Below, piece after piece: positions 27,149-40,276 of a stretch of 64,000 bases of DNA; position 1 is the first letter of the stretch; every line of letters starts with the position of its first letter. Below the pieces are notes generated by a model, which was not told where the DNA came from, ran no database searches, and saw nothing but the letters and a program-made list of their open reading frames with translations. Origin of the DNA: Rhodosorus marinus CCMP1338 (Eukaryota > Plantae > Rhodophyta); assembly GCA_029953675.1 (NCBI GenBank), contig JAMWBK010000005.1:1922001-1986000 (forward strand), written 5' to 3'. The translations under genes were made by a program, and so were the position numbers.

Positions 27149-30100
27149 CTAGTCAGATTCGTCTTCCTCAGATTCGTCCTCAGATTCAGCCTCCTCGAGC
27201 CAGCTTAGGAACGGCTGTGCAACTTCCAGGTAGCTGGAGCTAGCGTCTTTTTCTTTCGTCCTGTCTCTCCATGCGAGAATCGCGTCTTCATCCACAACGT
27301 CATTGTCATAGCAAACCTTCAGCACACCTGGAAAAGTCTGCCGTAGCTTGGAGTTGGCCTGGAATCAAGGAGTTGAACATGTTTTGCACAAGTGAATCAG
27401 AAACTCCTTGTGTTTGCTCGCCCATCCTGACATGCATAGATGTCGTTCCCACGTGCTCACCTCAAAGAACTCTTGAACGGCGGATATGATGGTGATCTGG
27501 TTCTCAACGATCCCTGCTCCATTGAAAAGGACAGCAAGCTGCTTCCAATCCGAAAATATCTTAACCACAGCTTGGAGGAAAGCGCTCGGGCTGAGATTAT
27601 CCGAACCGGTCGAGCTCTCGCTCAAGTTAACCGATTGTGAGAGTAGACCTTTTATCACAGCGAAAATGCTTTCCTCCAAGCTTCGATTGGATACCATCTT
27701 GAGCGATGATACTGATCACGTGCAGAAAAGACGCAAGAGGAGAAATCGGAAGTAAGTCTGGTGTTTGAAACAACAATACACTCACGGAGTTCGTCCGCCC
27801 CCTGGCATTCTCTTCCTGCTTACTCTCGTGTGAGGTGTCAAGAACACCATGGGACATGGCAAGTGCCCGAGCGATCGTCTCGCGCACCTCCTCTTCGTAT
27901 CTTTCCTTTTCCGACACCTCAACCTGTCCATAGACACGTTCATTGAGAAGCAATTAGCTACCGCGAAAGTAGCTGGAGCTGCCTGCGTTAACCGCAAAAA
28001 AAAGGATTCGGTACACTGCTTACGACTGGGAATTCTTCGTCTGACTCCTCGTCTTGAGATTCTTCGATCCAACACAAATCGTTCTCCATGGGATCCGAGA
28101 ACAGATCACGTTTCCTTCGCTCGATTCTTGCTCCTCTACCACCAACACCGAGCTGAAAGGAAAATACAACGAACAACGAAGGGTTAACTCCTCAAATTCG
28201 AGGCCAAGGTCGAGCATTGCAGACGCTTTTCCTACCTGATCAGAGTGTGCTTCATCCTCCGGATTTCCATTATCGCCCCCTTCCTCGTCCGAGTGCTCGT
28301 CCGAGCGCTCGTCGGAGTCGTCATCCGTATCTGTCATGTCCGCCTCAGCATCGTCCGAAGTTTTACCACGCGCATACCAAGACCCCGGTGGGATCCTTGA
28401 TTTGGTGCCCACGACAGTTCCAGCGCCGAGCACTACGCCAGGGCCAATCTTTGCTCCATCGGTAATCTCAACTCCCTCGCCAACCACGCTACGGACGATG
28501 ACTGCGCTTTTACCAATCCTTGCACGGGACATTATGATAGATCCTTCGATTTTGGAATCGCTTCCAATTGTGACCTGCAGGCATTCCACACACATGCACG
28601 CGTACACAAGCAGAGCGAGTTCTTCAACAAAATTGGGTAACAACAGCAGGAAATATTCTGTTTGATATGGTTGCATACATCTCGGAGGATACAAGATTGT
28701 GCAACCTCAACGTTCTCCTCTAGCTTGGAATTGTCACAGACGATTAAGTCCCGCCTCAACTGACTGCTTCGTGAAATATCTGGAGGCCGTGAAAGATAGA
28801 AGCTTCTTTGTTAGAGCAAGGTCATAGGCTCCCTACCTCGGTCCTAAGAAGACTGACTCCTAAGCCTGTTTCGTCGCATCTTTCTTACCGGCAGTCTCGG
28901 CTCGGTAGGTGTTTCCTCTGTTCACGGTAGTTACAGATTTCGTGAACGGAAAGCGGTCAGGGACCAGTGGAAACGACCACCTTCGAAGTACGTCCTGGGT
29001 AGCCCGAGCGTATGCCGCGAAGCTGTTTATCCGCATAGCATATTCATGACGTGTGGAATCTAAAATCTCTGCTCCGATAATGTGCTCGAAGAGTAGTTCC
29101 TTATTCAAGATATTGAAGGAAAAAAACAGAGCATCATGGAGACCTGCTCTGAGGATCATTCACGGAAAAGGAGTTCAGGCTCTAAGAACGGAGCATTACC
29201 TCCTCCGGTTGTTCAAGCATTGCCGAAGTGAAATCGAATAGTTTGTCCCGATCAAAGTTATCCGTAAAATATGACGCAGCTTCGGGCGAACATATGCCGA
29301 TTCCAGTGAAGCCGACCCGGGAGAGCACATGCATTTCACCACGGTCCAGTTTCTCTCCAAACAAGTCTGAGATGCCTATTTTCAGTCCTTTTCCTTCAAA
29401 AACAACCAACAGAGTTTTTTCGAACGTTAGTGCACCCATCGTACTGTTTGAAGGAATCTTTCAAAGGAGACTGACGTACCATGCTCCTGATGATTCATGC
29501 GATACAGTCTTCCGGTGTTCTTATCATATACTATGTACAGCCTGGTTGCAGGATTCAACAGGAAAGGTGTTAACTGAGTGTGTGAGCCAAAGTCACTCTC
29601 CATGTTTGACACTGGAAACACTCACCCAGTGTCCGACGGATCGCCTCTATTGAAGAGCATGCTGAGGGCTAATCGTTTATCCTTCAGTTTTCTCTGTTGA
29701 TGCTGGCGCACCATTCTCGCAAGATTGAGAGATGGTAGCGCTCCCGGAAGCACTAACAAGAAGTCGCTGCTCGGGTTGTCAAATTGACCTTCATTGATTG
29801 CGCGAAGTGAGTTACCCTCAGATCTGCAAGTCATTAGTAATCAAGCGACCCTGTCAATCGGATGAAGCGGAGAACAAAATTTTCGCCGCCATTCTTCCCT
29901 ACCTCCAAGAATGCCCTCTAAGTATCTTAATCTGCATATCGAGGTAGGATGCTCCATCATCCTCAACTTTGAGGCCCAAGTCTGTGAGCACCGACGCGCA
30001 ACTGTTCGAACTGCGGGGATCGACATTCGGATCCTCACAAAGAAAACATTGCTTGATGCCTGACTTGCTTAATACATCGATTTGGTACCCTAAAATAAAC

Positions 30101-30246
30101 ATCCCAGCGACCTCCAAAGACCAAGGAGAAGATCCCCATCGCGACCAGCCCCATCCACACCCCAGAACAAAAGCCTTGACATCATCTGGAACAGATCCAG
30201 CACCATCTGCAGCAGATAGAGTTTTCTTGTCTTTCGGATTGGCCAT
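27149..30246 (-). CDS. EIF2B5: Translation initiation factor eIF2B epsilon subunit, multi-exon
   Basis: GNSLRAI...SDFLLV...NLARMVRQHQQRK, ICSPEAASYFTDNFD (NF motif), EYAMRINSFAAYARATQDVLRRWSFPLVP, left-handed beta-helix hexapeptide repeats, and W2 domain ending YDNDVVDEDAILAW...QPFLSWLEEAESEDESEEDESD*. Confidence 0.93.
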
Positions 30247-32638
30247 CGTATTCACCCAATACTTCCTAGAAGAATCTCAAGTCAATCATGTAGACAGACA
30301 TTCCGCGTCATTTGACGATCCTTTTCGCCGAGGAGGGACTTCTCACGGCGGTGACATAATCTTCCGGTGCAGCAGGAGGCAGTCAATCGAGTCCGTAGAA
30401 GATAGAAAGACTTGACGCATGGAGCGGGGTGATTGATCATGTGGACACCTTCGAAATCGAATTCCAGCTTTTTCCCAAGGTCTGCAGTCTCGGATAAAAG
30501 CAGTCTGGGTGTGTGCTCTTGATTTGCAATAGTACAGTTTCATAGAGCTTGGACTGGCCGTTGCGGGGAGGAGTTTTTGTTTTGTTTCTCGGCTATGGTA
30601 CGTTTGTTACCGATGGTCGGTCCTTAAGCTGGTGGTTCTGTTCTCCGATTTCCTCTTCTTGGTGTAATTAGACAGTTGCATGATTCAGCTGCCCACGAGA
30701 GTGCTCGATTTGCATTAATTTGTCCGCGGAGATCTATGGTTGGCGGTTCCAAGGTACAGGGCGAATTTACGTTTGAGAGCTTCTCCGAAATAGCTTGGTG
30801 GAAATCTAGTTTCTGCTTTGAAATCAGGCAGCAGTGTAAACAGTGATTGCATAGCAACTTACAGTCACCAGGAATCTTTTCTCCAAGAATTGGTAGATAA
30901 AGAGCGATCATCTCATCCGCGGAGCAGGCCGACAGCGTGAACTGCGCGGAAGCGAGAAACGCATAATGTCCATTCCTGTTCAATGCCATTATTGCACAGG
31001 TTTCTGAGTTTTACGGGAGTATGAATAGACAATGCTACATTCCTGTAGGAATGGCGTTTCTTCGCAGTGTCCATTTGGACAGCTCGTTTGGGCAGTGCGG
31101 AGCAAACTCTGCACGCGATGACCACTCCAGCGTTCCGGTCTCCTCGTCCTTTCTGCTGTGGGCGGCGAGCTTCATTCCCCTTTCGTCGCGGAAGCTCAAC
31201 AAAGTCATAACCACTGACCGCCCGATCATGTAGAAAACCACTACAGTCCAGCACCCTACCAAACAGCTAGCTCGACGCAAGTGTTTGTTGACCGCTTCAC
31301 CAAGTTAGACTAGAGATTGAAAACGACAGGGGGTAGGACCCGCAAAGCCGTTTTCAATGCACCACAGTCAGAAAATATTATGGAGAGCTGCATTTCTAGC
31401 TCAAGATCCCACCGGAAGGGTATCAATTTGAGATCTCCTAAACTAATCACGGAATGCCGGTTTTCTAGTCCTTGGAGTCTTGTTCGTGAAGAAAACCGAG
31501 CAATCCACTCAAAAAGCTATGCGTTTTACGGGACAGCCGCTCCGTACACAAACTGTTTGTTCGCGGACGACCGTTCATCGATTGAGTCGACCAACCGCAG
31601 AGCCCACGTCATTTTTTGATCCAAGATCAGATTTTTGTAAAGCGTATTTAACCGCGCGAACTGAAGCAACCTTCAAACAACAAAAGCAAAACAAGGCAAA
31701 GAGGTGGGAGATCCTCAGCCAACCTAGCAACAAAACCATCATCAGCAGGAAACAGCTCGAAAAGTTCCATATGTCGCCAAACGCACTCATCTGATCGGAT
31801 TTTATCTGCTCAGTGTCAGCATTTTAAACACCCCCCTTACTGAATTCGACGATACCGGGAATTATCTTTCACGGTAAGATATTTCGTCCTCATCTACTAT
31901 TAGTTGACCCCCTATTCAATATTCCAAAGCATACGGATGTGAAAAACGACGCAAAAAGAAAACAATCAAAAATGCTCGAAGTTGAAAATATGTATTTTGT
32001 GAAAATTATAAATGTATTTAATTATAATTATCCACTATGTTGATGTTTTCTGTACCCAGCAGACGATTCAAAGTAATTTATTGGTTATAAATATGATGTC
32101 GCCAAACGCTTTGGAATATCCGGGGATTGATTGGTGTGATGAGCAATGTAGGGGTCCATCAGTCTAACTTTTTTAGAATTTTCACTTTGTTTCAGGCAGC
32201 ATTCAGGAAAACAAAAAAAGTCGCGGCAGATACTCTAAATTTTCTTCGCAGGTTTTTTTGAGGGGGGGTTGTTTGGATTGTTGATTTTGGGGTTCAGTTA
32301 GTACATTTGAATAATAAAACATGCAGAATAAATTGAAGAAAATGTTGTTTGTGATTTGGTTAGCGATCGGTGTAGGGGTTTTGCGTAAGGGGGGTGCTGA
32401 GGTTTTGCCGCTAGGGTTTGAGTGATTCTCGTTTGTGGGCTGGGGTTGTGCCGAAGATGCTACCATTGGTTCAGCTACTACAAGAATGGCGTGGACACGA
32501 GTTTAAAATTACTTTTAGGTGGACATGAGATGGAATAGGTTTGGCGAGGTTGAGGGGCAGGTGTGTGTGTGAGAGCGAGGAAAGGTTAGTTGCAAGCGAA
32601 GAGTGACAGCTTACTACGTGTGATCAGGGACAGTCAAG

Positions 32639-33159
32639 ATGGTTAAGAAGGCGGCTACTACTAAGAAGGTCAGTACGAAGTCAAAATCGACCCTTCCAGC
32701 TGGAGGATATGAGGCAATGATCGTGAAGGCGATTGCTGAACTGGGGGAGAGAGGTGGCTCGTCACCCATTGCCATTCTGAAGAACATTTCGAAGACCCAC
32801 GCCGACATTCCTGAAGACAGGCTCAAGTTGCAAGTCAGGATGGCTCTCAAGAGGATGACTCAGAAAGAGAAGCTTGTGAAGGTACGACAGACTCCACACA
32901 CTTGTGGAACTTCTCCCTATTCTCGAGAGTGAGCTGGACTCCCCGCTGAAATTTGGATACGCTCTTTGAACAGGTGAAGGCCTCATACAAACTTGCAAAC
33001 TCAGAGAAGGCGAAGACTAAGAAAGCAGCACCCAAGAAGGCAGTGGCTTCTAAACAAAAAGCTACAAAACCCAAGGGAACAATCAAGAAGAAGGCTCCTT
33101 CCAAGACAAAGAAAGCAACTGCAAAGAAGACTGGAAAGAAGGCGGCGAAGAAGAAGTAG
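32639..33159 (+). CDS. H1: Linker histone H1, 2 exons
   Basis: Globular domain YEAMIVKAIAELGERGGSSPIAILKNI...LKLQVRMALKRM...KLVK|VKASYKL followed by a K/A/P-rich tail. Confidence 0.92.
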
Positions 33160-34117
33160 GACTGTATCTCTGGCTATATATGGTTTGCGCAATAGCATCA
33201 ATTTTTCTGAGCTTTCACTGTATCTCTTAGTTGGGAAGCAAAGTTGATGACTATCCGTTTTATACGACTACATCGATATTACACACATACACGAAAACAA
33301 AAAATATAACGTTCTCTTATTCGCCAAACGAAACACAAGATGGCCCCCCTTGAAATAGAGAAGGGAATACATCTGAAGGCAAGCAACCCTCTAACAAACC
33401 AGCCACGGGAGCAGAGCTTGCAACAGTCGCATCGAGACGTCATGGGCCTGCCGCCGTGAGAGGCAGCAGAGTCGCGCTTTCCTAAGCCAATTCGGAAACT
33501 GCTACGAACGCACAAGAAAGCTGGTCTTCAGGGAAGACGCGTGGAGAGAGTTGATTTGTTGAGAGAAGATAGACTAGTAGTACCATTTGCTTTTCAACTA
33601 GTAAACGGATTTAAGGGGTCACCAGGACTCCTCGAGTTGCTATTGTTCCATTTAATATTTCGAGATACACAATAAAAGTTAATCAGAAGTTTTCAGCTTA
33701 CCCCCTCTGAACTACTCTTGATATTTTGTACTAATATCGTCGACCAGTGTTGTCAGACCGCACCGTTTGGGCTCAAAAATAAGGATTCTCCTGGTTTCCT
33801 TGATTGTGCGTGAAACCCAGCGGTGTGGGACAGTTACCACCCTTCTCTAGCTTCTCAGACCATTTTTCTGTGCATGATCCGTAATGGAAATTTCTTCATC
33901 ACAGTGTCGATTCCCATCAACCTAAAACCCTGGAGAACGCCCGGTTCATCGGTTCATGGTACCACGAAAGGTATTGGTTGAGGAGTGGGAGTTGAGGGAA
34001 TCGCACCTGGAGAACGTTGAGCCGAGGTTGGTGTCTAGTTGCAGAGTAGTCCTTACGATCAGTTTGTTAATTGAATGAATCCAACACGTTCTTTTATGCG
34101 TAGCTGTGAAAGGGAAG

Positions 34118-36610
34118 ATGAACGGTGAGACGAGGACTGTTCTCCCAGATGCGGTGGCGGCATTTGCCCGAGGAGAGTTTAAGAAGACAAGAGATTTCCT
34201 TTCAAAATCTGACATTGTTGCCAGAGCAGAGATCCACGAGGCGCATCAATTGGAGGTTTTTAAGAGGAAGCGGGAGTACAACGAAGCCGTGGTGGATTAT
34301 TATAACTCTGGAATGCGAGATCCGCAGAAGCTCGTCGAGCAGACCGTTCTTGCCGATCATGGCCAGGAGAAAGCTCCGTTAGATCATCAACGACTCTCGG
34401 AACTTGTTTCCACCTTTGGATTAATACCTCTCTACAATTTCTCGGTATAACTCTCAATCCACAACGTTTGATTTCGCTTCTTACGCTCGCCGTGCTTGAA
34501 CACTGAGAGATCCTCACCTTGTTTCCGCGTTTGCTTCCGAAGGTCATTCTTTACCAATCGCACAAACTCATGAACGCCATGCGGGTCCTAGAGGTTCTTT
34601 TTGAGGTTATAGAGTCACAAGAGGAAGAGGAGGGCTTGTCTATAAGGATTTGCATTCTTCTTCTCGACGTTTATTTTCGGCTTGGGTGGCTCTACGAGGA
34701 GCGCGTGAACAAAGTGCTGGGTTTTTTGGACTTGTGAGTAGATGTTCTTCAATCCGTTTGTCCAATACAGTAGGCCCTCTTCTGATCAGAGCAATATCTC
34801 TGGATTCCGCGATTTTCGGCTGTGTTCAGATGTAGCTGTATCGGTGTAAGCGAAACAACTACAGAGGCTGAGAACAAAAATCTGAACGGTGAATTCAGGC
34901 TCGCTGCTCCGAAATTAGAGGAAGGGAACATGTCAGAGGTAACCGCTGGCCGGATGGTTAGTTGGACTGCTTGCTTGTTTTTTGGTGATTGCTAACTTTC
35001 TCTCTTCTGCTGGGTATTCCTTAGGTTGGAATTCTAGCGGCTCCAAGCACCCAACAAGACGGGAGGTTCCTAATCTACGTATACAGAGCCCGTTTTCGAG
35101 CCCTAACAGACAATGCGAGAGGGTTTATGAAGGAGGCTAAAAGCGCCGTAAGCGCCGCGGACGAAGCCACATTCCGCCCGACGTCAGCAGCGTTAATGCT
35201 CAAGGCACACATGGAGAAAAACCTGCGGAAGAGCTTGTCACACCTCATGGTAGGCATAGTTGGCTCGAGAGCCACAAACTATCAGGCTTGCTGTATATCT
35301 GCTGACCCGGTTGTTCCTGTTTCAGGGAGCCACTTCGTCGGAGGGCTTGTGCCCCCTCATTTTGAACAACCTGGGAGTGATCCACCATCGGTTGGGACGA
35401 CATGCATTGTCAGTAGCTTACCTCGTATCAGCACAGCAGTGTTTTGACAGGTTACTTCAAGATGATGGTTTGTTCACCAACGGTAGACAGGACAACTTGT
35501 ATTCTGGGCTCTGAGATGTATCCGGCTCCTGTCACTACTTGCTCCCCTGCCTTCAGGTTCAGAATCTAACGAGAAAGGAAAATTGATAGCTCCTCAGTCG
35601 CTTCCTCAGATGGGACAACATCGTCGCCCCGAGGTTGCGTACAACCTGGGTGTAGAGTACCTATTGCTTGGACGATTTGAAATGGCGTTGAACATGTTTG
35701 GGCTTTGTCGGTCGCAGTATGCTCGGTCCTCTGCTTGGTGGTGGTTGCGCATGGCAGAATGCTACGTTCGCTTAAGCGAGCATAAAAAGGCAAACAAAGC
35801 TAAAGACGGACTCGTTGAGACTGTTCTTGGTAGTGGACGTGGACGTAGGGCTGTGCTCCGGCCCCTTGAAGAAGGAGAAAGTGACTACCTTCACGAGGCG
35901 AAAGCGTACGCGGAAACTGGGAGGCGGGTGCTTCGAACTTTGACCAACGAGTCGGGAACTATGGGGACACTCGATCTTGAAGTCGATGAGGCAATCCAGC
36001 TTAAGCGCCGAGCTGAGAATCGCTCTCTCGACGCCGGCTTTCTCGGCATTCTGTGCTTTACAAGCATCGAAACAAGGCGTTATGAGAAAGTGATTGAATA
36101 CTCGAACGAGTTGGTATGTACAATGCCTCGGTTGGTATCGTCACGAGCAGTGCCTAAGTTTACGCTGTTGGCGTAATTTGGACAGGTTCAGATAGAAGGC
36201 TTGTCGGAAGCCGGGAAAAGTCTAGCCCATATCTACGTGATAGAGGCAGCAACTGCTCTTAAGCGAAGTGAGATCCCGCTGAGGCGGTTTGAACAGGAGA
36301 TAAGTACAGCACACTTGGAACAGTTTTGGACGAATGTTGCGATCGCCTATCTCCATCAAGATCAGCTTGTCCCAGCCAGAGACGCGCGCTCGCATGCTTG
36401 GGAAGCGGTAGGAACTGGACAAAATGCTTGAGCGCTTAATCTACATGGCTAACGACAGCGTATGCACGGTGTACTTTGTTTTGAAAGATAACGCGAGACA
36501 CAGGTGCTGTTGAACCAAGCAAAGAACTGATTCTTTTGGACCTGTACCTCGCTCAAAAGGAAAAGAACAGAACCGAAGCTGCAGATATCGTTCGACGGTT
36601 GTGTAAGTAG
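34118..36610 (+). CDS. CNOT10: CCR4-NOT subunit 10 (TPR), multi-exon
   Basis: LILNNLGVIHHRLGRHAL, AYNLGVEYLLLGRF...WLRMAECY, VLGSGRGRRAVL, and terminal LILLDLYLAQKEKNRTEAADIVRRLCK*, collinear with CNOT10. Confidence 0.87.
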
Positions 36611-37810
36611 CACTGGGGGAAGGATTTTATTAGGGATGGAGCAGTGCAAAGAAAAATGTTCAATATGATTTTTGTTTTTTTCCCGAGTGGGAAGCATGGT
36701 GTCGAGTGAAAGCTCGCCCCGGAATCGGAGGCCTAGAACTGGCCCTCGAAAGGCGTATGTGTAGATTATGTTGAAGGCTCAACCCCGGCATGGGATGAAA
36801 GGTACTTTCGATCAAGGAGCCCCGTGGGGTGTTTTCTTCTCGAGTGTGAGGGAGCTGCAGAATTTTTTGCTTGCTTGTACAAAATTGAGTAAAGCTTTTG
36901 GATTCACTTTTTCAGCACAAGTCCACAACCAATCACACCTGTCCGTTCGTCGTCCAGACAGACCACATTCTTTGCATTTCCTTCCGCGAGAGAGTTTGAT
37001 TAAGACAGTTCTTGAAAGTCGCGGATGCCCTCTTCACGAGGATCTGTGTACCCAACTGGCATCAGACAAGATGAACAAGGAACTATAGCCTCAAAATCAT
37101 CGCAATAAGGTTCAGGCGAATTCGGAGGGTATTCATGAGGTGATCACGACATCCGCTAACCATTCGTCACCAATTGGTCTTCAGACACCTCAAACGGTTC
37201 ATCGAAATCCCATTAGCAATCGCCGCTGTGTTTTCCCAGAATCCCGGCAGCCCAGGACAATCATTTTCAGGTAAAATGATTGAATCGCATGGCCATAGCC
37301 GTTACATTCAAGAAAACATTTTTTGCTTATTTTTATTTCTGCTTAGGATCGGCCATAATTCTTGCTAAAACAGCATCCTCCGAAGAAGTGGCTCTTGTCC
37401 TGGAGTGGTCAGTGTCCAAAGTTAACGTTACCTGGTCTGGGCCTTTGAGCCCACTTTGTTTTGTAACTGACGATCATAGAGGCAAGGACAGCTCTAGCTT
37501 AAGTTAGGCTCAATTGATTTCCCGTCCGGGCGAAGATAGTAAGGTTCCATTCCCCAGGACGATGACGAGAACGGGAAAGTGAAGTGAGGCTGTGTAGAGG
37601 GGGACGTTTTTGTGAGCAAGAGTGAGCAAACCTAATCGGTAGGCTGATAAAGTGGCACGTATGAGGTATGTGAAGAAAACTAAATTAGAGTCTACGACCA
37701 ATGATCCGTAGCAGCTTTACTCAGAGAATCTAAAGAGTAGAGCTTTCCTGTATAACCCTGTTGTTAGTACCTTAAACAAAGAAAGGACGGGATCAGAGGG
37801 TCGAGAAAAA

Positions 37811-39640
37811 ATGCAGCCAGCACCGCTCACGCCTTATCGCGGGTCAACGGAAAAGAGAAAGGGGCCGCTGACGCCGCTAAGACCTGAATCAGTTCGGTCG
37901 CCTACATGTCACAACCTTGCTGAGAAGGATCTCTTGAGAATCGAACGAGTTCAGAAACGCTTTCTGGAAGCACTGGCAGCAGCCCGAGAAGCTAAAATTC
38001 GTGCCGATTCTGCCCCGCATGAAAGCAAAACTCTTTTCAAGGAGGATTTACTCAGGAAACTGAAGGAACTAGAGGCGGTGAACCTGGAAGCTCAAGAGAC
38101 GCTTCGACAGGAAGATTTTGCAAGCCAGTACAAATCTCTGAAATGTAGGTGAATTCAACTTTTCCGTGCGCGCACCGCAAGGCCCACAAAACTCTAGCCG
38201 AATTAGCTCACACGAGATAAGATGGCATCCCCGTTACAGCTATTCAAGGAACTCTCATGGAGCACAAAGCGGTCGCGACGGACTTGAAGGGAAGGATCAA
38301 AAGCCTTGAGAAGATAATCGAAGACGAAACGCGATATCGTTCAACGGACAGAACCGAAAACTCACCTGGCAATCATCCAATAAAGAAAGGAAACTCAATG
38401 GGCGATGAGACTCTGTGCTTGATGCGGCATGATGTCGAGGCTCTAAAGCTTGAGCTCGTCAGGCTGCAAAAGGGCAGCCAAACGACGGCTGTAGCAAAGG
38501 TACGTCATATGATTACCGTACAGGTCGTCCGAACTTTGGACATAGCTGTGCTCCCTGCCTTCCATACTGACTGCCTATCTTTGTTCAACGCGGGTTGTTT
38601 CATATTATCTACAGGTGAATCCACAAGTTGCACCAACAAGCATGTCTTATTTGGAAGGACTAGACAGGTTACGCGAGAGGCTGGGAAGGCTGGAGAAGCC
38701 GCTTCGGAGAAATACTCTGTACAGATTGGAGAGGACTCCACCGCGAGCTTCAACCAGGGGACTAAACAGGATCTCCCAACAAATTCAGGACGAAGACAGC
38801 AGAAGGACGGATGAAACTACTCTGACAACACGTAGGTCACTTCACAACGGTGTATGAGGTGTGTCCGTGCAGCTTTCAGATGTTTTCGTCTCACACTGGA
38901 AAACATACGCTTTTGTGCATCAGTTTCACAACTTCCCTTAAGGAGTGTTGTAGATCGTGCGCGTTCTAGTCCAAGCCACAACAGCCAGAACTCACCAGCA
39001 CCGGCACCACCAGAAGTGGATGTGCCGGAAAGTTTTATGAAGCATCCAGAGGCTAAGCGGTCCTTGAAAGAACTACAGAGGTATTCGCTGAAGTCTAAAA
39101 TGAACGTAAGGACGATACACCCTTTTGAGGATAGATGCGCATTTATGGGTGCTTTCTCTGTTGCTCATCATACATAATTTCGGATTCTATTCAACTCAGA
39201 GCGACTCCGAGTTCACCGGAATGATGCTGTGGGTAAAACGCGGTAAACTAGTTCGTCGTTGGCGACAGCGATTCGTCAGCATCGTTGAGCATAGATTCTT
39301 CGGGGAAGTTCTGTGCTTGTTTAAATATGATAACAATGTTGTTGACGTAAGTCACACGATCATCCCGTTTTCTCCCAGACTAGAGGATCCCACCCCGTCT
39401 GCATAAGAACAACGCTAAGCATGGTTTCTCTCTCTATCTCCCTATGTCATGCCTCAGGGTACGAATTCAAAGCTCATTGTACTGAGAAACACTAGGTGTA
39501 CGAGAGAGGGCGAAATTGATGCACAATATGAGCACAGATATGTATTTCGTCTGGCATCCTCCAAGAAGGAATACTGGTTCTCAACATCCGACGCCCAGAA
39601 ACGCGAGGAGTGGCTACAGCGTCTCAGCGTTCCTCGCTAA
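37811..39640 (+). CDS. Coiled-coil protein with a C-terminal PH domain, multi-exon
   Basis: Heptad-rich N-terminal half. PH motifs GMMLWVKRGKLVRRWRQRFV...LCLFKYD|...YVFRLASSKKEYWFSTSDAQKREEWLQRL. Confidence 0.75.
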
Positions 39641-39918
39641 AGGTCACCGAGAGGTATGGAAATCTACTTCAAAAGCTGGTGTTTTTGAACCTTGTGATTC
39701 TTTCCCAAGGTCAGGATTACGAAAGGCTCCATTCGCAAAACTCTGGATCTTGAGTACCGAAAAGGAACAGGTAAGACTCCTGAAAGCAACAAACTGTAGC
39801 CAGTGAGCATACTCCTGGTCGTCGTTCTTCCTTTGGCTTTGATCAGTAGTGATTGAGCTTCGAAGTGCTCGGTCATGGGGACATGATGCGTTCGATAAAC
39901 TATGGTTGAGGGTGTTTT

Positions 39919-40276
39919 TTAAGCTGTTCCGGCTTGAAAACCAACGATTTCTTATATGCAAATCAACATTATTGGATTGCCTTTAAAAAAAATCAAATTG
40001 ATGCTGGGCGTCGCTCGTCGAGCTTTGTACAGCACAAGTTTATCCCCCAGCACAAGGCCCGCACCCTAGCCATGAATCCAAAAAAGAATAGCTTCGTGCT
40101 TAAGCTGTTCCGGCTTGAAAACCAACGATTTCTTATGCAAATCAACATTATCGGATTGCCTTTAAAAAAAAATCAAATTGATGCTGGGCGTCGCTCGTCG
40201 AGCTTGTACAGCACAAGTTTATCCCCTAGCACAAGGCCCGCACCCTAGCCATGAATCCAAAAAAGAATAGCTTCGT
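39919..40276. repeat. Two-copy direct tandem repeat, about 178-bp unit (copies start at 39919 and 40100)
   Basis: ttaagctgttccggcttgaaaacc...gaatagcttcgt occurs twice. The copies differ by two short indels and two C/T substitutions. Confidence 0.95.
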
